Origin: an uncultured Gammaproteobacteria bacterium
GTDB taxonomy: Bacteria; Pseudomonadota; Gammaproteobacteria; UBA4575
Direction of reading: 5' to 3'
Length of the DNA: 64,000 nucleotides
Assembly: GCA_905479295.1 (NCBI GenBank)
Contig: CAJQLY010000006.1
Location: 5,372 to 69,371, forward strand
The position numbers and the translations under genes were made by a program. Every line of letters begins with the position of its first letter. Within the stretch, counting starts at the first letter, position 1. The notes beneath the pieces were generated by a model. The model was not told the origin of the DNA. It made no database searches and saw only the letters and a list, made by a program, of their open reading frames with translations. Shown in pieces: positions 54,295 through 63,869 of the stretch.

Positions 54295-55476
54295 ATGACT
54301 ATCATATATGACTTAAATAAAGAACTTGGATTGCATGAGCAGTCACTAGCACCCTATGCCACACGTTCTAGTGAATCTCGAGGTCGTATATTAGATGAAG
54401 GTGAATGTGAAACTCGCTCTGAATTTCAACGAGATCGTGACCGCATTATTCACAGCAAGGCATTTCGCCGCTTAGAGTATAAGACCCAAGTCTTTATTAA
54501 CCACGAAGGTGATCTATACCGGACGCGTCTGACACACTCTATTGAAGTAGCTCAGATTGCACGCTCTATTTCACGAGCATTAGGGCTGAATGAGGACCTC
54601 ACTGAGGCCATCGCTTTGGCACATGACTTAGGTCATACCGCATTTGGTCATGCCGGCCAAGATGCCCTAAATACATGTATGCGTGACTATGGTGGTTTTG
54701 AACATAACCTACAATCACTGCGTGTTGTTGATACTTTAGAAGAAAAATATGCCAACTTTGATGGGCTTAATCTAACCTTTGAAACACGTGAAGGTATCTT
54801 AAAACATTGCTCGTTAAAAAATGCACGTAACATGGGTGCGGTCGGTGAGCGTTTTATTCAGCGCACACAACCTGGACTTGAAGCACAGTTAACCAACATT
54901 GCCGATGAGATTGCCTATAACAATCATGATGTAGATGATGGCCTACGCTCTGGCCTAATAACTATCGAGCAGCTACGCCAAGTAGAAATCTTTGAGCATC
55001 AATATGAACAGGTAGTAGCGCACCACCCTAATCTACATCCCAAGCGCCAGTCGAACGAAGTTATCCGACGTATCATTAATCAACTGATTAAAGACCTATT
55101 ACATACCACCAGCTCAAATCTAAGCAAAAATAATATTAGCTCCGCAGCTGATGTCAAAGCGATGAAGACACCACTGGCAGCTTTTAGCCTAGATATCAAA
55201 GCTAAGAATGCAGCCTTAAAAAGTTTCTTATACAAAAATCTCTACCAACATGAGCGTGTACAAGAGATGAGTGCTAGTGCACAAAAAGTCATTACTGAAT
55301 TGTTTGAGACCTTTTTTAATCAGCCTGAACGTTTGCCTGAAAAGCATCTTTATCTAGCACAGCGCATGCTTAAAAAAGAGGGTGATTATGGTTTAGCTCG
55401 TGTGGTCGCTGATTATATTGCCGGCATGACCGACCGCTATGCCCTCAGCCAGCATCAGCAGTTGAAGATAGATTGA
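54295..55476 (+). CDS. dgt: dGTPase-family (Dgt type 2) deoxynucleoside triphosphate triphosphohydrolase-like protein
   Basis: The 393-aa product contains F.RDRDRIIHS.AFRRL..KTQVF, RTRLTHS.EVAQI.R, the HD motif AHDLGHT.FGH and the C-terminal DY..GMTD.YA. Its ATG is contiguous with the aroB TAA. Confidence 0.88.
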   Translation: MTIIYDLNKELGLHEQSLAPYATRSSESRGRILDEGECETRSEFQRDRDRIIHSKAFRRLEYKTQVFINHEGDLYRTRLTHSIEVAQIARSISRALGLNEDLTEAIALAHDLGHTAFGHAGQDALNTCMRDYGGFEHNLQSLRVVDTLEEKYANFDGLNLTFETREGILKHCSLKNARNMGAVGERFIQRTQPGLEAQLTNIADEIAYNNHDVDDGLRSGLITIEQLRQVEIFEHQYEQVVAHHPNLHPKRQSNEVIRRIINQLIKDLLHTTSSNLSKNNISSAADVKAMKTPLAAFSLDIKAKNAALKSFLYKNLYQHERVQEMSASAQKVITELFETFFNQPERLPEKHLYLAQRMLKKEGDYGLARVVADYIAGMTDRYALSQHQQLKID

Positions 55477-55477
55477 T

Positions 55478-56887
55478 ATGGCAATAGTAACTGAAGCAAC
55501 AAGCCCTATCCTTGATGCTGAAGTAGACATGCTGTTGCATCCGGAGGAGATGCAAAGCTTAGGTCTTAAGCAACAACCCTTTGCTCCAATTGTTGATAGC
55601 AACAAGCTTTTTCATGACCCACAGATAGAGATGACAAATAATATCTGTGTTGAATATCTAAAGCACCCAAGCTTTACTATTTTACTACTCGGTGAAGCAG
55701 GCTCTGGCAAAACTAGCTTGTTACGACAACTGTTACTACGAAGCTTTCAACAAACATCCTATTGCGTCTTACGCGCCAGCAAAGGCCAAACTTATCCAGA
55801 GATCTGCGAGAAGCTGATTGCACAATGGGGTGACCCTGTGGCATCAGTAGAAGCAGATAGCGAATTAGTAAAAGCAATTATTAATAGAGGGAATCAGTCA
55901 GCGGCCGTCCTGATTGATGATGCAGATAAATTAAGCGCAGAAACTCTAGTTGCCTTAATGCGTTTAAAGTCTCGCCTACAACATGATCACCAAATAACAT
56001 TGGGATTATTATTAGCTGGCCAGAGCTTCCTCAGAAACACCCTGTCTGAATGTGAAAAAATAGATGCTGACTCAAGTGCTACGTATCAAGTCAATATAAG
56101 ACCCCTATCACAAGAACAAAGCGAGCATTACATTCAACAACGCTTAGCAAACCTAAGTGAGAGCGAAGACGAGCTACTAAGCACAAAAGACATCACAGCA
56201 GTCATCAAGATTAGCGCTGGCAACTTCATTCAAATCCAAGCCTGGGTGCTGCAAGCACTACGTGCAAGAATTGCAGGGAAACCGTTTAAGCCAAAGCTAC
56301 TAATTAAACAGAAAAGAAACCAATCATCACCCAATAAGCGCTGGCTCTGGTATGCCTGCATTGCTGTAGTTTTAGTTTTAACTGTACTGGCTATCATCTT
56401 TGGCCGTTCAGCATCAGTTTCTCCAACAGCAACAGAAGTCTATGACTTAAACCTGCCTAGTGGCGATCAGGCGGTTACAACAAAGGTTACCAAAGCCAAG
56501 CCAATAGCTTTAAGCCCAACCCCAGGCTTAGACCCAGATACGATCAGCCCTGAAGCACAACATAAAGCAAAACCAAATCATCAGAAAACCACCTCTGCCT
56601 TAAACAACATGACTTGGTTACAAGCAGCAGCTACAGAACATTACACACTACAATTGGTCGCTACACGTGAATTTGAAAATCTAGACATCATAAAAAAATA
56701 TCAGCCACCCCTGCCCACTGCTTATTTCGAAAAACCGATCAACGGGGTCACCTTTTATATTTTAGTCATGGGTGATTTCAATAATGCAGCTGAGGCAAAA
56801 CAAATAATTGTTTCCTTACCGCAAGAGATACAAGCATTTGGTCCTTGGCCTGTTGCTATAGCAAGCATACAAAAATACATCCAATAA
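55478..56887 (+). CDS. AAA-ATPase (ExeA-like) / single TM / SPOR-domain protein, positional equivalent of DamX
   Basis: The 469-aa product has Walker A LLLGEAGSGKTSLL and Walker B VLIDDADKL. A TM helix (WLWYACIAVVLVLTVLAIIFG) is followed by a P/T/K-rich linker. The C-terminal SPOR-like domain reads HYTLQL.A......I....Q........Y.......FYILVMGDF.N...A. The start lies 1 nt after the dgt stop. Confidence 0.7.
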   Translation: MAIVTEATSPILDAEVDMLLHPEEMQSLGLKQQPFAPIVDSNKLFHDPQIEMTNNICVEYLKHPSFTILLLGEAGSGKTSLLRQLLLRSFQQTSYCVLRASKGQTYPEICEKLIAQWGDPVASVEADSELVKAIINRGNQSAAVLIDDADKLSAETLVALMRLKSRLQHDHQITLGLLLAGQSFLRNTLSECEKIDADSSATYQVNIRPLSQEQSEHYIQQRLANLSESEDELLSTKDITAVIKISAGNFIQIQAWVLQALRARIAGKPFKPKLLIKQKRNQSSPNKRWLWYACIAVVLVLTVLAIIFGRSASVSPTATEVYDLNLPSGDQAVTTKVTKAKPIALSPTPGLDPDTISPEAQHKAKPNHQKTTSALNNMTWLQAAATEHYTLQLVATREFENLDIIKKYQPPLPTAYFEKPINGVTFYILVMGDFNNAAEAKQIIVSLPQEIQAFGPWPVAIASIQKYIQ

Positions 56888-56992
56888 CTATTTGTGAGCT
56901 AGATTGATTGCCATAGCAGCAAGGCTGAACCTATACTCAGCCCTCAAGCACGCGGTTTACCTCCGCAGCGACAGCCCAACCTACAGATAGCG

Positions 56993-58654
56993 ATGGCCGG
57001 AAAAATACCACAAACCTTTATTGATCAAGTTGTTCAACAGACCGATATTGTCGATCTGATCAATGGCTATGTGGAATTAAAGCCCAAGGGACGTGAATAT
57101 GGCGCTTGCTGCCCATTCCATCATGAAAAAAGCCCTTCTTTTACAGTCAGCCCAGATAAGCAGTTCTATCATTGTTTCGGTTGTGGTGCCCATGGCACAG
57201 CCATTAGCTTTTTAATCGAACATGAAGGCTTGGAATTTATTGAGGCAATTGAGCAGTTAGCCGCCCGCCTCAGCTTAGAAGTGCCACGAGAGCAGGGGCA
57301 TGTCGAGACGGTCAATAAATCTGCTCAATCCTATGAGCTACTAGAGCAGGTTAATCAGTTTTATCAAAAGCAGTTACGACAGCACCCAGCCGCCATCGAA
57401 TACCTGAAAAAAAGAGGGATCAATGGTGAGATTGCAGCGGCTTTTGACATTGGCTATGCCCCGGAAGGCTTTGATACCAGTACTAAGGCCTTTCCCAAGG
57501 CAACTCCCGCCGAACTAGAAGAGATTGGGTTACTCAGCAAAAACGACCGCAACCATCTTTATGATCGCTTTCGTGACCGCATCATGTTTCCGATTCGTGA
57601 TCTACGAGGGCGCGTCATTGCCTTTGGTGGCCGCACACTAGGTGATGCCAAAGCCAAATATATTAATAGCCCTGAAACACCACTATTTCATAAAAGCGAT
57701 AATCTATACGGCCTATATGAGGCCCGCAAGGCGCTGGGCAAGCTATCAAGACTGATTATTGTCGAAGGTTATATGGACGTGGTCGCTCTAAACCAGCTTG
57801 GCTTCCCCGAATGTGTCGCTACCTTAGGCACAGCCACGACCAGCCAACATATTCAGCGGCTATTACGCTATACGCCAAACCTACTCTTTTGTTTTGATGG
57901 TGATCGTGCTGGTCAGGATGCGGCATGGAAGGCGCTACAACAAATCTTGCCAGTGTATGCCGATAATATTGATATTCGCTTTGCCTTTATGCCTCAAGGC
58001 GAAGACCCAGACAGTTTCATACGTGAGCGTGGCGCCGATGCCTTTGCTGCCTTTTTAAAAGAAGCCTCAAGCTTATCAGGCTATTTTTTCCAGAAATTAG
58101 GCCAAGAAGTGGATAGTAATAATACCGAAGGCCTAGCCAAACTCGCCAGTCTAGCCAAACCGCTGATTGCGAAGATCCCAAAGACCGTTTTTCGTGACCT
58201 AATGACGAAAGAGCTAAACCAACGCGTAGGCACCGTGGTCTCGAATACCGGCATTATGCGCGAACAACCCCCGGTCAAGGCTCGCTCTAATGATCGAGGC
58301 CCACGTTACACCAAGACTCGTCTCGCCATTGCCTTGCTGCTGCGTGATCCCAGTTTAGCCAGTAAGGCCTTAGATATTGAGCAATTAAGCCAATTACTCG
58401 GCACACCCGGCATCGATCTACTGATAGAAATGCTTGAAATCCTTGAACAGCAGGCCGATTTGAGCGGCGTCAGCCTACTCGAGCGTTTCCGCGGCCGGCC
58501 GGCCTATGAACACCTAATCAAGCTACTCGACTGGGATCCACCTGATATGACCAATCGAGAAGTCTCTTTTGTCGATACCATGCGCCAATTCGAAAAAGAT
58601 ATTAAACGAGCACCGTTTGACGCTTTCATTCAGGACAACACACCAGAAATCTAA
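56993..58654 (+). CDS. dnaG: DNA primase
   Basis: The 553-aa product has the zinc finger [13 protein letters not shown]....Q.YHCFGCG..G and the TOPRIM motifs EGYMDV and FDGD.AG. Confidence 0.97.
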   Translation: MAGKIPQTFIDQVVQQTDIVDLINGYVELKPKGREYGACCPFHHEKSPSFTVSPDKQFYHCFGCGAHGTAISFLIEHEGLEFIEAIEQLAARLSLEVPREQGHVETVNKSAQSYELLEQVNQFYQKQLRQHPAAIEYLKKRGINGEIAAAFDIGYAPEGFDTSTKAFPKATPAELEEIGLLSKNDRNHLYDRFRDRIMFPIRDLRGRVIAFGGRTLGDAKAKYINSPETPLFHKSDNLYGLYEARKALGKLSRLIIVEGYMDVVALNQLGFPECVATLGTATTSQHIQRLLRYTPNLLFCFDGDRAGQDAAWKALQQILPVYADNIDIRFAFMPQGEDPDSFIRERGADAFAAFLKEASSLSGYFFQKLGQEVDSNNTEGLAKLASLAKPLIAKIPKTVFRDLMTKELNQRVGTVVSNTGIMREQPPVKARSNDRGPRYTKTRLAIALLLRDPSLASKALDIEQLSQLLGTPGIDLLIEMLEILEQQADLSGVSLLERFRGRPAYEHLIKLLDWDPPDMTNREVSFVDTMRQFEKDIKRAPFDAFIQDNTPEI

Positions 58655-58754
58655 GGCTTTTAATGCCTTAGCAGCAAAAGTAGCTGGCTTTTTACCACTA
58701 AAACCGCTAACTTGGCCGGTTCGAATTTTCGATTTAACCTGTGATGAGATTGTT

Positions 58755-60599
58755 ATGGATACCGAGAAAAACCCACAAACGGTAAACCAGGAAGTTAGCC
58801 TTAAAGACCTGATTGCTAAAGGAAAAGAGCAAGGCTACCTAACCTACGCCGAGGTTAACGATCATCTGCCTGATTCTATCGTCGATCCAGAACAAATCGA
58901 AGATGTCATCAGCATGATTAATGACATGGGTATCGTCGTGCACGAAGTAGCACCCGACGAGCAATCACTCCTACTGTCTTCAGAAACCGCTGCTAATGAC
59001 GAAGATCTTGCCGAGGAGGCCGCCGCTGCCCTAGCATCCGTCGACAGCGAGTTTGGTCGCACGACTGACCCTGTTCGCATGTATATGCGCGAAATGGGCA
59101 CCGTCAATCTGCTCACGCGTGAAGGCGAAATTAAAATCGCAAAACGTATTGAAAAAGGCCTAAGACAAGTCCTTCTGGCACTAGGTCATCTACCACGTAC
59201 GATTGAGACTGTACTGCAACTTTATCTACGCGTCGAAAACGAAGATATGCGTTTAACCGACCTGATCGCAGGCTTCATCGATCCAGATGCCGAAGATGAA
59301 ATCGCATCACCTACTATCGTCGGCCAAGAGCCAGCGAAAAAAGAAGGTGAGGAAGACGACGATGATGAAGAGGAAGAAGAAGTAGACACTGGCCCAGATC
59401 CAGAAGAAGCCCGTTTACACTTTGAAACCTTGGCAGCCCTCTATAAGGTGACACAATCAGCAGCGACTAAACGCAGCGCTAAAAAAACATTGGCAGCCAC
59501 TGAAGAACTTGCCGATTACTTCATGCGCCTGAAATTTACCGCCAAGGTGTTTGACGCACTAGTTGCCAGCCTACGTGCCACCGTAGATTCTATCCGCCTA
59601 CATGAGCGTTTAATCATGACTCTATGTGTGGATTATGCACGCATGCCAAAGAAAGAATTTGTTGAGAGCTTTCAAAAGAATGTTGCTGACCTAGAATGGA
59701 TTGATGGACTAGCCAAGAACAAAAAAGCATACGCTGAAAATCTTCCAGAAATCCGCGATGAAGTCATCAAGGAACAGAAAAAGCTTGCCAATATCGCGAA
59801 AGAATCAAAGCTTGAGATCTCTGATATCCGTGAGATCAACCGCCGTATGTCTATTGGTGAGGCACGTGCACGTCGTGCGAAAAAGGAAATGGTTGAGGCC
59901 AATCTACGTCTAGTTATTTCGATCGCAAAGAAATACACCAACCGTGGCCTACAGTTCTTAGACCTAATCCAAGAAGGTAACATTGGTCTAATGAAGGCAG
60001 TTGATAAATTTGAATACCGTCGAGGTTACAAGTTCTCAACCTATGCTACTTGGTGGATTCGCCAAGCGATTACGCGTTCAATTGCAGACCAAGCCCGCAC
60101 GATTCGTATCCCAGTGCATATGATTGAGACCATTAATAAGCTAAATCGTATCTCGCGCCAGATGTTACAAGAGATGGGGCGTGACGCTACACCAGAAGAG
60201 TTAGCTGAAAAAATGGAAATGCCAGAGGATAAAATCCGTAAGGTATTAAAAATTGCTAAAGAACCTATCTCTATGGAAACACCTATTGGTGATGACGAAG
60301 ACTCGCATCTAGGTGATTTCATCGAAGACGCCAATATCGAATCACCCGTTGAAGCTGCAGCAGGCGTTGGCCTGAGTGATGCAACACGTGAAATCTTAGC
60401 CTCTCTCACACCACGTGAAGCTAAAGTATTACGCATGCGTTTTGGTATCGATATGAATACCGATCACACACTAGAAGAAGTCGGCAAACAATTTGATGTC
60501 ACCCGTGAACGTATTCGTCAAATTGAAGCCAAGGCACTACGCAAGCTAAGACACCCAACTCGTTCTGAGCAACTCCGTAGTTTCTTAGAAGGCGAATAA
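58755..60599 (+). CDS. rpoD: RNA polymerase sigma-70
   Basis: The N-terminus at ATG 58755 reads [32 protein letters not shown]. The product has an acidic insertion ([10 protein letters not shown]), [39 protein letters not shown] and region 4 [29 protein letters not shown]. The track ORF (58569) is an upstream extension overlapping dnaG. Confidence 0.98.
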   Translation: MDTEKNPQTVNQEVSLKDLIAKGKEQGYLTYAEVNDHLPDSIVDPEQIEDVISMINDMGIVVHEVAPDEQSLLLSSETAANDEDLAEEAAAALASVDSEFGRTTDPVRMYMREMGTVNLLTREGEIKIAKRIEKGLRQVLLALGHLPRTIETVLQLYLRVENEDMRLTDLIAGFIDPDAEDEIASPTIVGQEPAKKEGEEDDDDEEEEEVDTGPDPEEARLHFETLAALYKVTQSAATKRSAKKTLAATEELADYFMRLKFTAKVFDALVASLRATVDSIRLHERLIMTLCVDYARMPKKEFVESFQKNVADLEWIDGLAKNKKAYAENLPEIRDEVIKEQKKLANIAKESKLEISDIREINRRMSIGEARARRAKKEMVEANLRLVISIAKKYTNRGLQFLDLIQEGNIGLMKAVDKFEYRRGYKFSTYATWWIRQAITRSIADQARTIRIPVHMIETINKLNRISRQMLQEMGRDATPEELAEKMEMPEDKIRKVLKIAKEPISMETPIGDDEDSHLGDFIEDANIESPVEAAAGVGLSDATREILASLTPREAKVLRMRFGIDMNTDHTLEEVGKQFDVTRERIRQIEAKALRKLRHPTRSEQLRSFLEGE

Positions 60600-60724
60600 G
60601 TCTTAAGCTATAGCAGTGCGATGAGAGTGGGGGTATAAGCCCTCACCCCTATCAATCATTAAGCCATGTAATCAGTGCGTATGCGCAATACCAGGCTGAT
60701 TATTTCGCTTATAATCCAGACAGC

Positions 60725-60801
60725 GGGCCCATAGCTCAGTTGGTTAGAGCAGGGGACTCATAATCCCTTTGTCGTAGGTTCGAGTCCTACTGGGCCCACC
60801 A
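60725..60801 (+). tRNA. ileX: tRNA with CAU anticodon, most likely tRNA-Ile2 (lysidine-modified, ileX-like)
   Basis: I folded the cloverleaf by eye. The acceptor stem is GGGCCCA/TGGGCCC, the D stem GCTC/GAGC, and the anticodon stem GGGGA/TCCCT with loop CTCATAA. The T stem is GTAGG/CCTAC with loop TTCGAGT, and the 3' end is an encoded ACCA. The anticodon arm and variable region resemble E. coli ileX, which also sits directly downstream of rpoD. Elongator tRNA-Met cannot be excluded from sequence alone. Confidence 0.9.
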
Positions 60802-60955
60802 CTTTTCTGCCAATCCAAAAAAAACTTCCACAGCACTATGTATCAGCCCTACTCGCAAGGCTTGCATAATTTCTGATTTTATTTAATGCGCTGTAGTAAT
60901 CAGCAATAGTGATACAGCGAAGATAGCTGCAAAGAAAGGACATTACATTGAAATT

Positions 60956-60993
60956 AAAAAGCCCCTAGACAATTTAGGCCTAGGGGCTTTTTT
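60956..60993. terminator. bidirectional rho-independent terminator (peroxiredoxin gene / tRNA region)
   Basis: A5, stem GCCCCTAG (60961-68), 11-nt loop, stem CTAGGGGC (60980-87), T6. On the minus strand it lies 17 nt after the peroxiredoxin stop and is followed by U5. Confidence 0.85.
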
Positions 60994-61004
60994 GTTACTA
61001 AGCC

Positions 61005-61604
61005 TTATAGTGACTCAGCATTATTTGCCAGGTAATCAGCAACACCTTCTGAAGTTGGCTTCATACCAGCATCACCTTTCTGCCAACCGGCTGGACACAC
61101 TTCGCCATTCTCTTCATGGAACTGAAGCGCATCGACTAAACGCAGCATCTCATCCACATTACGACCTAGTGGCAAGTTATTCACTACGGCATGTTGGACG
61201 ATGCCTTCTTTATCGATCAGGAATGAACCACGTAGCGCAACACCTGCTTCATGCTCAATACCATAGCTTTTCACAATCGCGTGATCTGTATCGGCAACCA
61301 ACGGGAAACCAATCGGACCAATTCCACCTTGATTTACTGGAGTATTACGCCATGCAAAATGCGTGAATTGAGAATCAATCGATACACCAATTAGCTCAAC
61401 ACCACACGCCGCAAAATCTGCAACACGCTTATCATGTGCAATGATTTCAGATGGGCATACAAAAGTGAAATCTAATGGGTAGAAAAATAAAACTACATAC
61501 TTTCCCTTATAGCTACTCAGTGAAAAATCTTCTTTAATTTCACCATTTGCCATAACGGCAGCAGCAGTGAAGTCTGGGGCTGGGGTATTTACTAGTGTCG
61601 ACAT
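61005..61604 (-). CDS. typical 2-Cys peroxiredoxin (AhpC/Prx1 family)
   Basis: The 199-aa product contains the peroxidatic Cys motif FYPLDFTFVCPSEI and the resolving Cys EVCPAGW. No ahpF is adjacent. Confidence 0.93.
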   Translation of the reverse strand: MSTLVNTPAPDFTAAAVMANGEIKEDFSLSSYKGKYVVLFFYPLDFTFVCPSEIIAHDKRVADFAACGVELIGVSIDSQFTHFAWRNTPVNQGGIGPIGFPLVADTDHAIVKSYGIEHEAGVALRGSFLIDKEGIVQHAVVNNLPLGRNVDEMLRLVDALQFHEENGEVCPAGWQKGDAGMKPTSEGVADYLANNAESL

Positions 61605-61947
61605 AATAATTCCATTTTTTATGTGGGGTTAAATTTAAGTTTTATTGTATTGCTTCAAATACTGGGGAATGACTCACGCAGATCTTCTGCATAATTATAT
61701 TGAAATTGCAGCAAGGCGATAATTGCATACAACCTTATATTTAATCGCTTTTAACTTCCGTAATTTTAATCACGCGGCAATCTAATTACTACATTAAAGT
61801 ATAAATATACCTTATGAATAAATAATCAGGCAAGCAGCTGGAGCTAATCCACCTAGACATGTATAGCTGCAAACTAGATCAATCGTTTCAACTCAGGCAA
61901 TCTCTTAAATCAACAAGACTGCCTGTCATTATGATTATACGAACGTT

Positions 61948-63231
61948 CTAAATATTTAAAGCCTGATCAAGATCAGCCTTAATATCTTCAACATCTTCAA
62001 TACCCACTGACAAGCGCACCACATCAGGGCCAGCGCCAGCTGAAACCTGCTGCTCTTCGGTCAGTTGGCGATGGGTAGTTGATGCTGGGTGAATGATCAA
62101 AGAACGGGTATCACCAATATTCGCTAGATGTGAAAATAGCTTACAACGATCAACTACTTGAACACCTGCCTCGTAACCACCTTTAACACCAAAGGTGAAA
62201 ACAGCACCAGCACCTTCAGGACAATACTTCTGGCCTAGCGCATAGAATGGGCTATCTTTCAGGCCGGCATAAGAGACCCAATCAACGGCTGGATGTTGTT
62301 GTAACCACTGTGCAACTTCTAAGGCATTATCGGCATGCTTACGCATACGCAAAGATAAAGTCTCTGCCCCAGTAATAGACAGATAAGCATTCATCGCTGA
62401 CATGGTTGGGCCCAAATCACGCAGGCCAACGGCATGTGAAAACATAGTAAACGCCATCTCACCAAACTTCTCATGAAAGTTTAATCCATGATAGGCACCA
62501 CAAGGTGCACTCAACGATTTGAATTTATCATTTTGTGACCAATCAAATTTTCCAGAGTCGACTACTGCACCACCCATCGCGTTACCGTGGCCTGAAATAA
62601 ATTTAGTAGTGGAGTGAACTACAATATCCGCACCGTGTTCTATTGGCCGACAGAGAGCAGGAGATGGCAGGGTGTTATCGACGATGCAAGGCACACCACT
62701 TTCATGCGCAATTTTTGCAATCGCTTCGATATCACAGACGACACCACCTGGATTGGCTAAACTTTCTGTAAAGAAGGCTTTTGTTTTTGCAGTCACTGCT
62801 TTACGAAAGTTCTCAGGATCAACCGGGTCAACAAATTTTACGGTCCAGCCAAACTTCTTAAAGGTATGGCCGAACTGTGTAATAGAGCCACCATAGAGTT
62901 TATTCGAAGCGACAAATTCATCGCCGCTATCCATCACTGCAAATAACGCCAGTAATTGTGCTGAATGGCCTGACGCTGTGCAGGTCGCACCAACACCACC
63001 TTCCAAACTCGCTACACGCTCTTGGAATACACTAACAGTCGGATTAGTTAGTCTAGAATAAATAAAGCCACTCTCTTCCAAACCAAACAAGGCCGCTGCA
63101 TGATCAGCATCCTTGAATACAAATGCAGTCGCTTGATTGATAGGTACTGAACGCGCACCCGTTGTTGGATCAGGGCTTGCGCCGGCATGAATAGAGCGGG
63201 TTGCAAAGCCTTGTTTGGTTTCGTCTGACAC
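61948..63231 (-). CDS. metY: O-acetylhomoserine aminocarboxypropyltransferase (sulfhydrylase)
   Basis: The 427-aa PLP enzyme contains G..TR..HAG, YSRL.NPT, the PLP lysine region STTKF.SGHG and C-terminal RLSVGIED..DI..DL. It has a GTG start with GAGG 7 nt upstream. Confidence 0.92.
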   Translation of the reverse strand: MSDETKQGFATRSIHAGASPDPTTGARSVPINQATAFVFKDADHAAALFGLEESGFIYSRLTNPTVSVFQERVASLEGGVGATCTASGHSAQLLALFAVMDSGDEFVASNKLYGGSITQFGHTFKKFGWTVKFVDPVDPENFRKAVTAKTKAFFTESLANPGGVVCDIEAIAKIAHESGVPCIVDNTLPSPALCRPIEHGADIVVHSTTKFISGHGNAMGGAVVDSGKFDWSQNDKFKSLSAPCGAYHGLNFHEKFGEMAFTMFSHAVGLRDLGPTMSAMNAYLSITGAETLSLRMRKHADNALEVAQWLQQHPAVDWVSYAGLKDSPFYALGQKYCPEGAGAVFTFGVKGGYEAGVQVVDRCKLFSHLANIGDTRSLIIHPASTTHRQLTEEQQVSAGAGPDVVRLSVGIEDVEDIKADLDQALNI

Positions 63232-63455
63232 GGGTTCACCTCAGTAAAGATTGGATACTTGCGCCTAAGCGCTGATTCCTCTTATTGTATCGCAGAAGGC
63301 TCGTGCTGGGCAGACGCTAGCGAGATATTTTAGTCTCCTGCCAGGGCCTTTACAAGGCAGTCAAAAAAGGCCTGCACCGGGATATCAAAGTCTTGCTATG
63401 ATCATCAAACAGGCCAACAATCAATACAGCATAAGCCAGCAACTAGAGAATACCC

Positions 63456-63869
63456 GTGAGCGACACAAGCGAAGAAGCCAAGCCAATCAACCTTGCTATT
63501 GTGATTAATGGCGAGAAGATCGTCGAATATCAACGAGACCGAGCACTTGCCTCCAAGCATGCTCAGGATCTCGATACGATGGATGCAAAGCTAGCACACG
63601 GCATAGAGCTAGCAGATAGCCAGATTAGTCAGCCCAACCTACAAGACAAGTCGACCTTCGTCGCGCAACTCCTAATTAATGCCCTACTGCATGAGAGTGA
63701 TGCCCACGCAGCAATCAGCTGTGCTTGGCTGGCAACCCGTTGCCCAGACTTAAAGCAGGTGCAAGCCGAGCAAAAAGAAGAGCGTCTGACCATTCGTTTA
63801 ATCTATGACAAAGAATATGTAGTCGCTTCTAGCCTTAAGTTTGTTCCAAAACACCAGCTCAGCTCTTAG
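63456..63869 (+). CDS. hypothetical protein (137 aa, soluble, no recognisable domain)
   Basis: This ORF has a GTG start, is divergent from metY and has an acidic N-terminus. I recognise no motifs. Coding status is inferred only from ORF length and the absence of a competing gene. Confidence 0.4.
   Translation: MSDTSEEAKPINLAIVINGEKIVEYQRDRALASKHAQDLDTMDAKLAHGIELADSQISQPNLQDKSTFVAQLLINALLHESDAHAAISCAWLATRCPDLKQVQAEQKEERLTIRLIYDKEYVVASSLKFVPKHQLSS

Noticed and set aside
54295-55476. dGTPase gene as an anti-phage dNTP-depletion defence gene
   Set aside because: Defensive dGTPases are homologues of Dgt. This copy, however, is embedded by start/stop contiguity in a housekeeping operon (aroKB) with no mobile or defence neighbours. 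A housekeeping Dgt-like role is the simpler reading, and sequence alone cannot distinguish the two.
60802-61004. tRNA-Ile(CAU) 3' flank as a genomic-island integration site
   Set aside because: Only about 200 bp of non-coding DNA follow the tRNA before a core peroxiredoxin gene. I saw no duplicated tRNA 3' end (att-like direct repeat) and no integrase.
61605-61947. Possible OxyR/LysR-type operator upstream of the peroxiredoxin gene (TTGCA repeated 20 bp apart at about 61715-61745)
   Set aside because: I could not fit the ATAG-N7-CTAT OxyR tetramer pattern. AT-rich intergenic DNA produces such short repeats by chance, so the evidence is insufficient.
63232-63455. Calling the metY leader a SAM-I (S-box) or SAM-II riboswitch outright
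   Set aside because: I could not find the conserved S-box core or confidently recall and match SAM-II/V consensus nucleotides. It is kept only as a low-confidence structural finding pending a covariance-model search.
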